DNA from: Octopus sinensis
Lineage: Eukaryota
Length of the DNA stretch: 64,000 nt
Reading direction: 5' to 3'
Assembly (NCBI RefSeq): GCF_006345805.1
Contig: NC_043013.1
Location: 42,160,001 to 42,224,000 of the forward strand
Shown here: positions 61,834 to 64,000 of the stretch, piece after piece
How positions within the stretch are numbered: position 1 is the first letter of the stretch
Layout: each line of letters opens with the position of its first letter
Translations under genes and position numbers: made by a program
Notes under the pieces: generated by a model
What the model was told of the DNA's origin: nothing
The model's database searches: none
What the model saw: only the letters and a program-made list of their open reading frames with translations

Positions 61834-64000
61834 CAATTAGCAGAGCCACTATTTTCTGGCAGCCATTTCTTCATCACCTGAAGTGAATAGAATCTGTAAA
61901 TACAAACCACCAAAGTAAAACAAAACAATCTGCCTTATATACTTTAAATTGGGATGATAACTATACCTATTATTATCATTAGTATGGTTGTTACTGTTGT
62001 TGTTGTTACAGTTGTTTTTCTCCTCTGCTTTCTTCATCTCATTTCTTCTACTCTTTTTCCCCTCCCTCATTCTTCTTCTTCTCCTTCTTCCTTCTTCTTC
62101 TTCTCCCCTTCTTCTTGTTCTTCTTCTTCTTCTTGTTCATCTTCTTCTTGTTCTTCTTCCTTCTTCTCTCCTTCTTCTTCTTCTTCTCCCCTTCTTCTTC
62201 TTCCCCTCCCCCTTCTTCATCACCACCACCATTATCACTACCACCACCACTACCACTGTCATGGAAAAGGTTGCTCATGCATGCATTTATGCATCAAAAG
62301 GAAAGTGCATTGCAGCATCTGTTTCAGCTAAATTATGTCCTGAGTTCAAACCTCACCGAGGTTAACTTAGCCTTTCATCCTTTCCCAGGTCAATTCAGAA
62401 GAACCTCACTCTAAGTGTAAAGGTGCATGGTCTAGGGGTTATTGTGTTGCATTCATGATCGCTAGATCATGGATTCAATTCCCTGACTGGGCAATACATT
62501 GTGTTCTTGAGCAAAACACTTCACTCCACATTGCTCCAGTCCACTCAGACTTTCCTTCTGATCAAGGAAAATGCTGGCCTGCCTTCTTAGCCAGCAGGGT
62601 GATATCTTTTGAAGGCTGTAAACAATGCAAAGCGCATTGTGACCAGTGATTTCCTTTTGAGCATTAGGCATCACAGAAGCAAAGTGGTTGAGATTCCTTT
62701 CAAGTGTTGGGCCTCACAGAGGCAATGACCGAGACCTTTGGCATTGTGTTGTGCTTGAGAAGACCCATCAAGCCAAGCAAAATTGCAGATACCAGTGTCA
62801 CACAAATGGCACCCATGCCAGTGGCACTTAAAAGCACCCATTATGCTCTCAGAATGGTTGGCGTTAGAAAGGGCATCTAAGTTTTTTATATCACCCAACA
62901 CTTACTGTATGCACATAAGTGCGATTCCATGAAATATTCATGCTTATTTACATTGCAGATATATGCCATTTAACAAAAGGTTGTATCATATGTAGAGGAT
63001 ATTTTTTTGGTTTTGTTTATAGAATAAATGGAAAAATAAAACTGAATATTTTATGAGTGCTGTGTATTAAGTCTATAAAATTGTGCATAAAGTATATAAA
63101 GTGTATAAAGTAATCATCATATTCCAACTTCTTTCGCTTTTCAATGAGGAGCAGATGAGCGACTATCTTTCCATACAGACACAACACAGGACACACTTTC
63201 AGGTTTTTTGGATAAAGTTTTCAGAAATAACTGAATAGGTTTACCATTAATTCCATGAAATCTTCACAGGTCCCACTAGTTGTTGTTGTTATTATTATTA
63301 TTATTATTATTATTCAGAGTGAGGACACATGGCCAACTGGTCAGGGTGTTGCGCTCACAATCACAAGGTCATGGTTCCAATCCCTGGGCCGAGTGATGTG
63401 TTGTGTTCTTGAGCAAAGCACTTCATTTCATGTTAATGACAAAATCACTTTGACACCTGACGCGTGGTACACAGTGCACCTGTTCAGGTAACATCGACTT
63501 GATGGACAGGAAGTGAGCTGATGCACAACATGTACATTTGATCGCTATAAACAAATAATTTGTGCAGGTCATTCAGCTTGAGCTGAACACTCATACATCA
63601 TCATCAACAGGAGAATCCATCATAATTACTGTTGTTGTTGTTGTTGTTGTTCTGGAGGTGGTGAGCTGGCAGAATCGTTAGCAGGCCAGACAAAATACTT
63701 TGCAGTATTTCATCTATTTTTACATTCTGTGTTCAAATTCCACCGAGGTCAACTTTGCCTTTCATCCTTTCGGGGTCAAGGAAACAAGTACCAGTCAAGT
63801 ACTGGGGTCAGTGTAATCAACTTACCCTCTCCCCCAAAATTTCAAGCTTTGGGCCAATAGTCAAAAGGATTAGCAGCAGCAGCAGTAGTAGTAGTAGTAG
63901 TAGTATGTTTAAAATATTTTTTTGTTGTTTCGAATTGCTGTTATTGTTTACATTCTCCATATTTGATGTTAAGCTTCATCTTTCATTTGTAATCCTTCCG

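Overview
AT-rich eukaryotic (animal) genomic DNA, dense in microsatellites and short retroposons. The SINE, LINE-tail and MITE repertoire looks like that of Octopus; this is my recognition and is not database-verified. No complete protein-coding gene, true tRNA/rRNA gene or CRISPR array is visible. Almost every ORF in the supplied track is a translation of (TA)n/(CA)n/(TG)n/trinucleotide runs or of SINE bodies. The window reads as a long intron or gene desert. It contains several tRNA-derived SINE families (my labels A, C, D), RTE, CR1/L2-group and R4/Dong LINE 3' fragments, a decayed mariner plus mariner, piggyBac-type and hAT MITEs, and a solo LTR with an intact TSD. There are also three long fold-back elements, several mini/satellite arrays and three near-identical tandem duplications bounded by microsatellites. 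A set of strong splice-site pairs, all on the minus strand, suggests a spliced transcript crossing the window; most of these candidate exons are closed in all frames (lncRNA, 5' UTR or pseudo-exons), and one is a possible 14/18-nt microexon. TAAT-rich unique blocks look like candidate enhancers.
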